A stretch of DNA of 63,834 nucleotides, filler included, from Ministeria vibrans ATCC 50519 (Eukaryota > Protista > Filasterea): the NCBI GenBank assembly GCA_943704425.1. It is 6 parts of 6 records of this genome, joined end to end, with 100 filler letters (N's around TTAATTAATTAA, not from the genome) between each part and the next. Parts side by side here need not be neighbours in the genome. Positions count along the whole stretch, not along the records: positions 11,518 to 31,954 come from CALSCP010001975.1; 5 more parts are not named here. One strand, 5' to 3'. Positions 11,664 through 24,560 of the stretch are shown here, piece by piece. Position numbers and translations under genes: made by a program. How positions within the stretch are numbered: position 1 is the stretch's first letter; every line of letters begins with the position of its first letter. A model generated the notes under the pieces. That model was not told the origin of the DNA. It was given only the letters and a program-made list of their open reading frames with translations, and did no database searches.

Positions 11664-14609
11664 CGTTCAACGTCATATTGAAACCCAGAAACGCACAGCG
11701 AACCAAGCACAGAACCAGATACAAAATCCGGCGCAAATTGAGAGTCCCGCGCAATCATGTCTGCTGGTTTATCATCAAACATAATGTAAGCACCGCCTGC
11801 AACAGACAAATCTATTGACTTTTAGGGAACATAGTTACATTTGAAAGGCATTATTTTGACCTGTTGCGTTTGTGTATGAGCCCATCTGATGCTCAATAGT
11901 GATATTCTGCTCGCTTTCTTTGTCAAATATCGCTTTCAATTCACCAAATCTACAAAAAAAATAACAATAATACAAATTGAAAAAGTAATAATAATAATAA
12001 TAATAATTATTATTATTATTATTTATTACGATTATTATCATTATAGTATGATGTTGATTATTCTTATTGTTATTCAGTGTGTTTGTTAAACTTACCGATT
12101 GAAATAGACAGTCAAGTGAGAATTATCAAGCTGGTACGAATCACTCTCTTCTCTTTTGCCATGGGCTGTTTTGGATTGTGTTGAGGGGTGTTGAGATGAA
12201 AAGGAGAGACCACAGAGTGCAACTCCGAGCGAAGGAATTTGAGTGAGAAATAAGACTACAAAGACAAAAAAGAATAGTTCAATTGCACAAGACATGGTCG
12301 ATGGGGAAGAAGAACGGACGCTACATATTACATTACACCGTTAAGGTTATATGAAGGTTATACAGGGTTAGAATGAAGTTGGAATTCGACTTGGCATTAG
12401 AGTTAAGGAGTATGGAATTAAAGTGTACGTAGGATTAGGATTAGGGTTACAGCTGACGTTAGGGTGTTGCATTTGAGGTAAATGAGGTTAGACTTAGGGT
12501 TATTTTAAGGTTTTATAACTTTCGGGTGACAGATACGCATTAGTACGTTCGAAGGGAAACGCCTCAGACAATGCACTACGGAAACTGTTAATAAATAGGT
12601 CAACTTACTTGACTGAGAATCAAAAGGATCGGTTTGAAAGGGCACAGGCTCATTGTGAGCGTTCACAATGGTAAGTGTTTCCGGTGAAAGAGACGGATCA
12701 ATCTTCAGAGTGACAATACGCTTTTCTTCCGAGAGTGACACCGGATTGAAAATAAGCAGAGTGGACTCGGAATGAGCAATGGGAAGAGAATACGCGGGCG
12801 AGTCACACACGTATAGTTGCGAGGGATCGACTGGCACACGAGGAGTCATATAACGGTCAATGAGACGCGAGAGGGCAGACGGGATGAGAGAGTGCACAGA
12901 GAGACGCACTGCGTCTGACAAGTGCTGCTGGTAGTCGGACAGCACATCTTCATTGCCAATGTAAAACGTGGTGTTGCTAGAGACCGAGGTGCGCATGGTG
13001 CCCGGAACGCTGTCATGATGCTACAAAGCAGTGGTAGAAAGAGCAATTTTAATTGTGTGGCACAGTCGCATTTTTCTCTTACCTGGACCAGCGCGAGTGC
13101 CTGATGAACGTGTGTCAACTGGTTGCAATCGGTGGGGGTAAGAGTGTCAGTGATGAAGGCAAGGAGGGCATCTGTGGCGCGCATGAGAGCCGCACAGGCG
13201 CGCACACGTTGCTTGTACTGCGGCCATGATGACGCAGTACCAGTCTGGTACGTCAGTGGGGCACTGTAGCCCGAGATTTTGTGTGGCCAGCCTAGCTCAA
13301 AGTTCACGTTGTTGTGAACAAGAGGAAATGGAGTAGAGGAGGAGGAGTGGAGTGCGTTGAAGTATTCGGTGGCTGTGCTATAGCGCACGCGAAGACCGTA
13401 CGTCGCAGGGTGCGCGTTGATTTCACGCACGAGCGCGCTCATGTTGCCAAACTGGACGGGGGAGTTGTGAAAGTGAAAGTCTGCGCCCCAGAGCAGCATA
13501 AAGGGCGGGCCGCGATACGACTGTGCCTGTGCACGAATGTACGCAGAGAAGAGTGTCGCGCGTGATTGGACATTGTCGGGAGTCACAGGGGGATTCTTGG
13601 TCGTATTGGGGTGTTCCCAGTCAAACCCCTGGCCGCACAGATCGCCGTAGTTGCCGTTAATGACATGGGCAAAGATGGACGAGCGATTGTAGCTGAGCGA
13701 ACCGCTGGCGTGCCAGACGTACTCAAAGTGACGTGCGGCTTCCCATTGGGCGCGCATTGTCGCGTTTCCCTCGTAGCGCAGAACCATTTCACTGTAACCA
13801 GCCATAGCCCACAGAGACGGAGTGACGCTGCTGTAGCCCGCAAACATGTCAAGCTGCCAGCCAATGCGCGGCCGGACATTAAATTCCCGAAGAAGGAACT
13901 ATAATAATGATGAATAAAAAGAATAAGAATAATAATATTATTAGATTATTGATTAGTGCAGCGTTTACAGTCGTGTTAGAGCCTGTGATCGAGTACTTAC
14001 TTCGTGTCCCGCAGTCGTTTGCTCAACTACATCGGTGTAGGGAATGTTCACTTCGTCGTTTTGAACCCAACCTGGATCGGCAAGAGGGCGCTCAGAGACG
14101 TGAGGGGGGAGAGGGAAGGCATTGTTGACATTTGAACGAACCTCCACCCACAAATTCGAGTTGGCCATTGTCAACGAGTCGGCGAAAGCGCGCTTTCACT
14201 TCGTCAGACTGGAGCGGCCACCACTTTGCAAGCCATATGGTCTCGGCCCAGACAAACCTGGCGGGAGAAATGAGTGTACGGCTTCAAGTTCAGTGTCCAA
14301 AGCAAAACAAACCTCAGACTCGGATCAGCGGTGAGCGTGTCGGTAATCGTGTCAAGGGCACGTCGAACACTGCCCCCGGCCCCCTGGTGCGCGGGTCCGA
14401 CAGCGGGCCAGTCGTAGGAGAAGTACGTTTCGTCCGTGAGAAGCCATCTGAGCAAAACAACCGTTGGGAGTTGTCAACACCAATTACTTGCTCTCTAACC
14501 CGGCATCACAGTGGGAGTGTGGCACTAAGTAAAGATCAACAAGATCGTAGCTGTTTTTGGCAGCGCAGAAGACTGCGCAAGAAGCGATGAGTGTGACAAG
14601 CAATCTCAT
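11664..14609 (-). CDS. GH38 alpha-mannosidase (lysosomal MAN2B-like), multi-exon; 3' truncated
   Basis: Signal peptide MRLLVTLIASCAVFCA; Zn motif VPHSHCDAG|W; GQLEFVGGG..WVQNDE; nucleophile region GWQLDMFAG; WGADF; Q|HHDSVPGT; GAYIMF. Confidence 0.88.
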
Positions 14610-15401
14610 GAATAATTTTAAAAAAAAATAGTATATGAATATGATTAAAATTAAATTTGCGTGGATGAATAGCAAGAGACTCCAGACGAGAAAAGCACAC
14701 CACGTCAAGTCGTTAACAGACAATAAATCAATAATATTGTGAGCATCGACAGAGTCCAGAGCCCTTTCCAACACGACATGAAGGAGGGTCCGCAAAATGA
14801 CATGACTGGTGACTTCATCAGCAATGGTTTCAAGAACGTACTCACTTGTAGCCACGCCCATGACGATAGACAGCGTCGCATCCCCTGACTATCCGTGTGA
14901 CGTCTCCTTGGTCCCGGGCAATTGAACAACATGGCTGCTGTGTTTCAAGTGCTCTTGTGCACTCTTTGTGACCATCGCGTTTTCTTCGCTCAACTCGCCC
15001 GCACACCACCCAAACGCGCAGCGCCATTTCCTGCCCCTCCCCCACCCCCCTCATTCACATTTCCTTTTCAATCTCAATGTAACATCTGTTATAGCGCTGT
15101 ATTTCGATTAGGTCCCGTTCGTATCCATCTTTTAAGATTTCTTCCACTTCTGGAATTTGATCCTAAAAAAGACAAAAAAAAAAAAAGCCCACACAAACGT
15201 AAGAAGCGTAAGAAAGACACGTCGCGACCCACAGCAACGCCCTCTAACACAATCATTTCATATTATGCAAATCCCAAACATAATAATAATAATTATTATC
15301 ATAAAATATGAACGCACGAAACCCGCTCCGTGGTTGACCCAACCCCCTCAACTCACACCGCCCTGCCATATGGCAGCAGCTAGCTCACAATAAGTGAAGG
15401 A

Positions 15402-15717
15402 ATGAGCCGAAAATTTGACCCAAAGCGATTTCTCACACAATCAACCAAACGGCAATACAACGACGAAAGGCATCAGGATCACGGCGGCACGGCCTTCAAC
15501 CGCAGAGGCAAGCGACCCAGGCTCAACCCCAGGCATGGTTTAATATGTGCGACGGACGTAACGAGAGGCAAAAACGCATTCAGGAGAGTCTTTGGCTTAC
15601 ACAAAGATCGGCAGGCTCAGTCCAAGGCCGAAGTAGCCAAACACCTTGAAGGCAAGACCCACTGTGTTGTCGGTGCTAAACGGCAACGACTACAAGCGCA
15701 CGACAGAGACGTGAGGT

Positions 15718-15764
<47 letters not shown>

Positions 15765-16680
15765 GATGCCAACGGCACTCGCCTCGATGCTCAACCTGCG
15801 TGCCCAATGCCCCCTTGTAGATTGCGGGAAACCAACTGGACGGTGTCGAAGACAACACGCAGCTGCAAGACCTGCACGACGGTTCACTCCTCTTCAACAT
15901 CCAGATCAGGTTGGGACACAAAATGACTTAATAATAGCTGACTGTTCTGACATGGACCGCTCTCTTTTAGATACAAGAAAGAGGCCATGTACACGTACAC
16001 GGGTAACATTCTTGTCGCGGTCAATCCCTACCAGGTGTGCAGAGATACCTCAAAAGCAAAAATCACACACTCACTCACACCCTGACACACTCTTCCATCC
16101 TTCTTCTTTTACTTGTCGTGTAGGTGTACCCCATCTACGACTTGGATCACGTGCGCAAGTACCGAAAGGCACTCCTTGGTGACCTACCTCCTCATATCTT
16201 TGCCATTGCCAATGCTGCCTACACACAGATGCGCAACAAGCACAGAAACCAAGTATGGAGCAAGAAGAGAGACAAAAAATATATAATAATGATAACAATA
16301 GAAGAGTTGTTGAGAGTGGGGGATAAGAATAGTGAGACTCTCTTATTATTTGTAGTAAAGCAATTACATTAACTGGCTTGTTCTTTTTTTCTTTTTTAAA
16401 GGTGGTCATCATTTCCGGCGAGTCAGGCGCAGGCAAGACCGAGTCCACCAAGCTGATCAACAAGTACCTGGCAGCTGTCAACACAGAGCAGAGCATGGTC
16501 GCCGAGCAGGTTCTCGAGTCGTCGCCCATTATGGAGAGCTTTGGCAACGCCAAGACGGTTCGCAACAACAACTCGTCGCGCTTTGGAAAGTACATGGAAA
16601 TGCAGTTTGGCGAGGGTGGTCAGATCATCGGCGCGGAGACAAACGAGTATCTCCTCGAAAAGTCTCGTGTCGTCTTCCAG

Positions 16681-16735
<55 letters not shown>

Positions 16736-18471
16736 AACATATATTATAATAATTACAATTAAATGTATTGTAATGATTGTTATGCCTATATTTCTTCTCT
16801 AATCGCTGCTGTGTGTGTTTTTAAGGCTTCTGGCGAACGAAACTACCATATTTTCTACGAGATGCTGATTGGACTGAGTGCCGAGGAGCGTCAACTGTGG
16901 CGTCTGCAGTCGTGGGACAAGTACAAGTACCTCGAACAAGGTGGCTCTGAGAAGGTCTGTGTCGTGCCCTGTCCATCACAATTCTATTGCTGACATCTTT
17001 CTACTTTCTTGCTCATGATTAGGCTGGTCACAAGGACGATGCGGAAGACTACTTTCTGTGCTCGCGTGCGTTGGAAGTGATGGGATTCAAGATCAAGGAG
17101 ATTGAGACTATCTTCCGCCTGCTGGCAGGCATTTTGCACTTGGGCAACGTGGCGTATGCCGAGAGCGAACAGGACGGCATGGAGGCGGCGACCATCACCA
17201 ATGTGGACCTTGTCAACTTTGTCGCTGGTCTCTTTAACTTGCCTCCGCAAGTTCTCCGCACCTCGCTCGAGTGCAAGACAACCATTACGGCCGGCGAGAA
17301 CTTTGTCAAGCCACTGAGTGTTGGCCAGGCCGTCGACAAGCGCGATGCCCTTGCCAAGACCATCTACGCGCGTCTTTTCTCCTGGCTCGTTCTCCGCATC
17401 AATGAGATCACCTGCCGTCCCGCTTGCAAGAACACCATTGGTGTCCTCGACATTTTTGGCTTTGAGGACTTCCAGAACAACTCCTTTGAGCAGGTACATC
17501 CGGAGAAAAGAATGACTGCTTACTTTGATTGTTACGATCATCATTAATCACCATTATTTTTCCTTCTCATTTCCTGTAGCTGTGTATTAACTTTGCCAAC
17601 GAGCGACTGCAGTTCTACTTCAACCAGCACATCTTCAAACTGGAGCAGGAGGAGTACTCAAAGGAGGGCATTGGCTGGGAGAACATTGCGTTTGTCGACA
17701 ACCAGGGCTGTCTCGACCTCATCATCAAGCGCCCTATTGGCATTTTTGTCATGCTCGACGATGAGTGCAACTTCCCCAAGGGCTCCGACGAGTCCTTCCT
17801 TAACAAGATCCACAACCAGCACGCCACCAATGACTATTACGAAAAGGTTTGCTTTTGAATTTACTTCACTCTTATTTTCTATTCAAGTGGTGAAGTATGA
17901 ACCTTTGTGTGCGTGTATGCTTTTTCTTCTTCTTTTTTTTATAGCCCAAGGTCAACACTCCCAGCTTCGGCGTGTATCACTACGCCGGCAAGGTCGAGTA
18001 CGAAGTCAGCGGTTTCCTTGAGCGTAACAAGGACATGCTCCATGAAGATCTCATCCGTGTCATTCTTGCGTCGCCTGACGAGTTCCTTAAAAACCTCTTT
18101 GCAGTAAGGATCAACGATGCGAAACAAAAAGACATTGAAATACTAAATCTTTTCCGGTGAAATTAGCCACTGCAAGCGCAACTGGAAGTGGCGGCGGGTG
18201 CAAAGAAGAAGAAGGTGCCGTCGTTGGCGTCGCAGTTTGCCGAGCAGCTGGGCGACCTTGTGTCGACTATGCAGCAGTGCAACCCCTTCTTTGTGCGCTG
18301 CATCAAGCCCAACACGGTCAAGAAGCCCGGCGTGTTTGACAACTCGCTGGTCCTTGAACAGCTCCGCTACTCGGGTATGCTCGAGACCATCCGCATTCGT
18401 CGCATGGGTTTTCCCGTTCGTCTCTCCTTTGAAGACTTTGAGTTTCGCTACCGTTCACTCTTTGGCAGCTT

Positions 18472-18515
<44 letters not shown>

Positions 18516-21500
18516 AGAAAGGTTCTGATTGTCTCTGTGCCTCCATTTTTATAGCGCGGCCCGGACCCAAAATCATCGTGCCAGGCACTGATGGGCTCTC
18601 TGGCGGCCGAACACCACGGCATGTTCCAGATTGGAGTGAGTAAGGTGTTTATGCGTGAGGGTGTGGAACGTCACCTTGAGTCGATGCGTGGCCAGCGCCT
18701 GCGTGGCTCGGTGCTCACCATGCAACGCTGGGTGCGTGGCTACCTTGCGCGCATCAAATACCGTCGTCTGCGCTACACCATTCTCCACCTGCAGAAGCTG
18801 GCGCGTGGTCAGATAGAGCGCATGCGCTATCGCAAGGCGATACGCGGCATTGCACGCATGCAGGCGTGGGGTCGCATGCTGCCGGTGCGTCGCAAGTACA
18901 TCAAGATGCGCGACGAAGCGCGCAAGAAGAAGGTAGCCAAGCCCAAGAAGGACAAGGTTGAGGAGACGAAACGCAAGGGTGGTGAGCCCATTGCCGCGGG
19001 CGTCAACCTGCCCCCTATGGTTTTGGCCGCGCTCCAGGCGCTCGGTCTCTTCAAGCCCCCCTACCCCATCGAGAAGTCCACAAGCAAGCACAAGGGCGAA
19101 GTGCCGCGCACCAAGTACCCTATCGCGCCGACACCCGCCGATCTCGACTCGTATGCTTTCAGCAAGTATGCCGCGACTTTCTTTGCCGCGAGTGCCGAGT
19201 GGAGTTACTCCAAGGACAGCATCGAGCGTCCCTTCACCAAGGTCGACGCCCAGTACGCGGAGGCCGCCCGCTCGCTCTTTGACACCATCCTCAAGTACAC
19301 GTCGGACACCAAAATGGCCGTGGGCAGCAAGGAAGACATGGTCTTGCCTCTCTACCTTGCCCTTGAGGGTCTCTCGCAGCCCGCGCTCCGCGACGAAATC
19401 TACGTGCAGCTCATCAACCAGACACACGAGTGCCCCTCGTCGGCCGTCGAACAGCGCGTCTGGCATCTTCTTGCCGTCGTCTCGACCGTGTTCCCTCCCT
19501 CACAGAAACTCTATCCCTACGTTTTGCGTCGCATTGCCAAGGCTGGTCCCAGCGGTGCAGTGAGCGACTTTGCGCGCTATGCATTGCAGCGATGCGTCGC
19601 CAATAAGGCACGCGAACGTCCCCCTAGCATGCTCGAGTGGCACGCCCTGCGTGACTATTCACCCATGGTCATCACCGTCGAGTACCAGGACGGCAAGACG
19701 ACCACGCTTCCCATTGACTCGTCGACGACATCGCGCGAATTGGCTCGCGCGGCCCTCGAGGACCGCTACAAAGAGCGCGCCTCCGACATTGGCGGAGGCT
19801 GGACCGTGGCATTCGTGCTTGACGGCAAGGAGGCCGAATTTGACTTGGACGAACATGTGATGGATCGTGTGAGCTCCCACGAGCGTTGGTCGTCCATCTT
19901 CGACAAGATGAGCTTGCCCACCATCAAGGACCTGTCGAGTTCGCGCGACGAGTCGCTCACCTCTTCGCCCACCGTGCGCCGTGCCGGCACCTTCTCGCGT
20001 ATGGACCCAAGTGCAAACGCCGCGCGCGCCGCCGCTGCCACCGCCGCTGCTTCCGCACTTCGTCCCGAGCGAATCCCGCCCCGCCCCAAGGGCAGCGCGC
20101 CCCCGCCACCGTTGCCGCCCAAGACCAAGCCCGCATCGTCGGGTCTCGTGCCCGACGCGCCGCCCGCTCTTGAGGCTGCCGAGGATGACGGTCCACCGGC
20201 CCTCGAGGACTTTGGTGACGAGGAGACAGTGCAAAAGGTTCAGGCGGTGCGTCGTCGTTCGAGTCTCGCAGCCGAGCGTGACGCCGCCCTCGAGAACCAG
20301 CTCGACGACATGTTTAACGACGTGCTCGGCGACTACAATGGCGATGACAACGAGAACATGATGGAGCTAGTGTCGCGCATCAAGGGCGGTGCCAGTCAGC
20401 TGGGCTCCGGAGGCACCATCTTGGGCGAGGCGCAACTGCGTCGTCTCACCGAGCTCATGGGTCGTCTGCGTGGTGGCGGCAGTGCCTTCGATAACAACGC
20501 ATCGATCGTGTCGCTTTCGCAGACGTCCGGTGTCGCCGAGAGGGTGCCGCCGCCCAAGGGCACTCCTATCATGTACACTAATGTGCCATGGAAGTTGCGC
20601 CTGCGCAAGGTCGGTCTGTCGCCGGGCGAGCGCCTCTCGCGCGACCCGGCCTTCGACCTGGTCTACGCCCAGATTGTCCGTGACACGGGTGATGGTCACT
20701 CGACACGCATGCAGTCGAAGGAGCGCAACGAAGTGCGATCGTGGCTCGACGCGGCTAAGTGCAAGGCGGCGGACATGTCCGAGGCGTTGCGCGACGATCT
20801 TATTGCACTTGTCAAGTCTCTGCCCATCTACTTCTGTCGCATGTTCGAGGCGGAGCAGATCTCGGGCAAGAAGCGCATGGCGGGCGCACGCAACTTTGTG
20901 GGTATCAGCCACGAGGGATTGCAGCTGCTTGAGCAGGATCAGGATGGCAAGTTAAAGAAGCCGCTGCTTAAGGTGATGCTCAGCGAGGTGTCGAGCGTCT
21001 CGTCGGAGCACGGCCAGGTGCGATTCAATCTTGGCTCTGAACCCTACGTATTTGGCGTGCGTCGCCCCAAGGCCCTCGAGAAGTTTATTGAGGCGTACGC
21101 GGCGTCGTCGGAGACGGACGCGAAGTTCGTCTATGCAGCTATGGACTACATGGTGGCGGACGAGACGCTTCTGTCGTTCAAGCAGGGTGACGTCATTCAG
21201 CTGTCGAAGCGCGAGGGCCAGGAGGAAGGTTGGCTCTTTGGTGTGTTGCGCGACAGCAGCGGCTGGTTCCCGGCCGAGCGCATTGTGGCTATTATGGGCG
21301 ACAAGCCCGACAAGGCCGCCATTGAGGATGCAAAGAAGCGCGCCATTGTACGTCGCTCGTCGGTCATCTCCTCGACGGAGAACCTGCCCCCGGGTGTGTC
21401 GGCCAACGATGCGGCCACGCCCCAGGGTGTGCAGTCGTCAGAGGGTCGCTACAGCATGATGGAGTGGGCACGTCAGTACTACCGCCATGGCGCGGAGCAA

Positions 21501-22773
21501 ATGAAGATGCTGCGCAGCAACAAGGGCTCCATTCGTGGCACGCTTAAGTTCCTGACGGGCAAGAAGAAGAAGAAGGGACCAGTGACGGAGGAAGAGGCGG
21601 CGGTTGCCGAAGAGCAATGGACGTGGAACGAACTGTCACGTCTCGTCAAGTACCAGAAACAGCCCATTCCCGCCTCCCTTAACGCGTTGCCACCGGAGGA
21701 TGCGGCCACCAACAAGGTAAAAATTAATAATAATTATTATTATTATTAAAGACGTTTTCGATAATAAAAAACATTAAACCTTTTTCTTTTTCTTTTTTCC
21801 TCCCCTACAGTTGGCTCTTGAAGGCTTTGTGACAATCATGCGCTACATGGGTGACTACCCGGCCAAGAACCGAACGGACATTGAGCTGGTGCAGTGGTTG
21901 TTGCGCTGTGCTATGCAGAATGATTTCTTGCGCGATGAAATCTACTGCCAGATCATCAAACAGCTGACGGCGAACAAGAGCAAGAAGGAGGCGGGCGAGC
22001 AGCGCGGTTGGCAGATTATGCTGCTGCTGACTGCATTCGTCAAGCCCACAGACGAGTTTGAGCCGTACCTGCGTGGCTTCATTCGTTCGTACACGAGTGA
22101 TTCTCAGAAGAATTTTTCGAATGTCGCATCGCTCTGCGATCGCTACCTCTCCAAGACAATTCGTTGCGGTGGACGCAAGATCATGCCAAGCGCGCCGGAA
22201 CTGGAGGCGCTCAAGCTGAACCGCAACACGAAGATTCAGCGTATCTTCTTGCCGGGTGACCACACCAAGAGCATCAAGGTGAACGCAGTGACGGTGGTGC
22301 TCGACGTTGTCAAGGACATCTGCACCAAGATGGGTGTCGCCAACTTTGACGAGTACGGCGTCTTTATCAACACGGGCCCCGAGCAGTCGACACCCCTTCA
22401 ATCGTACGACTACATGCTCGACACGACGACCATCCTAGAGCGTCGAAAGATCCCCTACCGCATCTACGTCAAGAAGACTCTTTGGTTTGCTCCCATCACA
22501 CTGGAGAACCCGCTCCACACTAGTCTCCTTTACGAGCAGGTACAAAAAGATACAGAGAGTGTGTGTGGAGCATTACATTACTAATGTGTGTGTGTTTTTT
22601 TTTCTAGGTCCTGTTCGACTACCTGTGTGGTAATCTGCTTAACATGTCTATGGGCACTGTGCCTGCGACGTGGCTCAAGAACGACATTGCTCTTTTGGCA
22701 GCCCTCCAACACCAGGTATGATCATATTAACACTGCGTGCATGTGTGTATGTTGGTCGTCTCATATAGTTCTC

Positions 22774-22806
<33 letters not shown>

Positions 22807-22876
22807 CTCGCTGTGGCTCTTACGCCTCCAGGTTGCTGGTGGTTGTGGCCATGGCCGTGTCTCAACTGCATCCTAA
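15402..22876 (+). CDS. MYO15: Unconventional myosin class XV (motor-IQ-MyTH4-FERM-like-SH3-MyTH4-partial FERM), multi-exon; 3' end uncertain
   Basis: Motor motifs [23 protein letters not shown]; IQ motifs; two MyTH4 domains ([18 protein letters not shown]); SH3 (YAAMDY...EGWLFG...GWFP); MYO15-type LDxxFxxVL...RxKGG segment. Confidence 0.85.
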
Positions 22877-23211
22877 GCGACGACGCGCCGATGCGGGTGG
22901 TGGAGCGCGCAAGAACGTTCAGCATAGTGTGAGGCTGTGAAAAATTATTATAATATTATTCAAGCAAAATTCTGCTTTTGAGGTTTGATCATTGATGAGG
23001 CGCTTATTTATATTCACAGCACACATAATGCATAGGTGTATTCTTCTTCTTCTAATACATATAACAATTAACAAAGTCTACAGCGGAAGTATTGGGCCGC
23101 TCTTTGTTAAGGATATAGTTTATTTATCATACATACGACTGATAACATAATTATATTATTAGTTTATATTATTAATAATAATTATTATTATTTTTCGCTC
23201 TGCTCTTTTGA

Positions 23212-23922
23212 ATGAAGAAGCGCCGATTGCCTACGGAGTCGTTGAATCGAAGACAATGGCTGTATATTATATTTTTGCAGACGATTGGGGCGTGTGTGGT
23301 GAACGCAGTCGTGAACGGACTCGTCGCCTGGCTGCAGTACCGCTCCCTGCAGGTCGTGGAGCTGTTTGCCTGGCCCGACACGCTTGCCGGAGACATTGTG
23401 GTGACAACGTTTGTCGAGGGTTCGCTCACGTGGATGCTTCAAGGGGCTTTTGTCCTGCGCGACATTCGCATTGGAACGGTCAATCCTTTGATCGCCAAGG
23501 ACGACGCACCGGAGAAGCGCACACGATGCAACCGCTTTCAAAGCTTCTTCCGATGCCGGGATCTTGTCTGTTGGCGAGTCGTGCGAGAGGACGTGCGAGC
23601 CTGGCTGCGTCTGGCGGCAGGCGCCCTCCTTCGCGGTCTCTGCCTCTCGCTCCTTCTCTTTGCCGTCTACTCCCTTCCAATTCTCCTTATTCTTGTCGGC
23701 GTCCAAGAAGGCTCCAAGCCCATCAGTGCTGTCCCGGGCGCTATCGTTTTCAAAGCGCTTTTCGGCGGCGCAATGGCTCTTTTAATGGCTCCGTACATTT
23801 GCATTCGCGCTCTCACCGACTCAACTGCCCAATATGACTCACACATTCCTTCGCGATCCGAATCGACGGTCGAAGTGGTCCTCAATCCGGAAACAGAGGA
23901 CGATTCTGTCGTCATGCAATAG
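23212..23922 (+). CDS. Intronless multi-pass membrane protein of unknown function (resembles a fungal uncharacterised family, possibly DUF2456)
   Basis: 236-aa ORF with about 4 hydrophobic helices; motif LFAWPDTLAGDIVVTTF. Family recalled from memory, not verified. Confidence 0.65.
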   Translation: MKKRRLPTESLNRRQWLYIIFLQTIGACVVNAVVNGLVAWLQYRSLQVVELFAWPDTLAGDIVVTTFVEGSLTWMLQGAFVLRDIRIGTVNPLIAKDDAPEKRTRCNRFQSFFRCRDLVCWRVVREDVRAWLRLAAGALLRGLCLSLLLFAVYSLPILLILVGVQEGSKPISAVPGAIVFKALFGGAMALLMAPYICIRALTDSTAQYDSHIPSRSESTVEVVLNPETEDDSVVMQ

Positions 23923-24560
23923 ACAACTCTGTGTATTTTATACTGTATTATATTGTGCATTGTACATTTCAGTCATTTTCATTACTATTGTGCACTAAAG
24001 TTTGTCAGACAAAAAAGAGAGAAACAAAAACAAATTGTCAGAAAAGGAGAGAAAAAGGTCAAATAAAAAGAACATAGAGGTGTAGTTATTCAGGAAACCA
24101 AAAAGGAATAAACACTCTTTCGTTTCTATCCCCCAAAAATGAACCAATCGAAATTGAGTTCTGTCGTCCTTTGAAACTCACACACAAACCACACGCAAAC
24201 ACACACACGCACACACAAGAAATACACACAGACCCAAGCACTCACTCACTCACTCACTCAATTCACAATGTAAACATACTCTAAACTCGCAATCTTAAAA
24301 AGAGAGAGAAAGAGAGAGAGAGAAGAGAGAGAACAATGAGAAAGTAAGAGAAGAGTGAGAAAGAAAATTGAATGCGATGCGATTTCTGCGTATGTGTGTG
24401 TGCGTGCGTACGCGTGACTTTTGAGAGAATCATAACAGCGCAAGGATAAATTTCATCATTATAACCAATTATGGTGTGTGAATGTGAGTGAGTGAAAGTG
24501 AAATTACTTGTTTTTGGTGCGGTTGTGTCCTCCTCTGCAGCGTGTCCTCCTCTGCAGCTT

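Noticed and set aside
14484-14932. Small ORFs between the mannosidase and myosin XV genes
   Set aside because: No recognisable homology or convincing splice structure; probably promoter or UTR sequence.
16396-16401. AAG 3' splice sites (also near 16825 and 57841) as non-canonical splicing
   Set aside because: These are still GT-AG introns; AAG acceptors are uncommon but normal.
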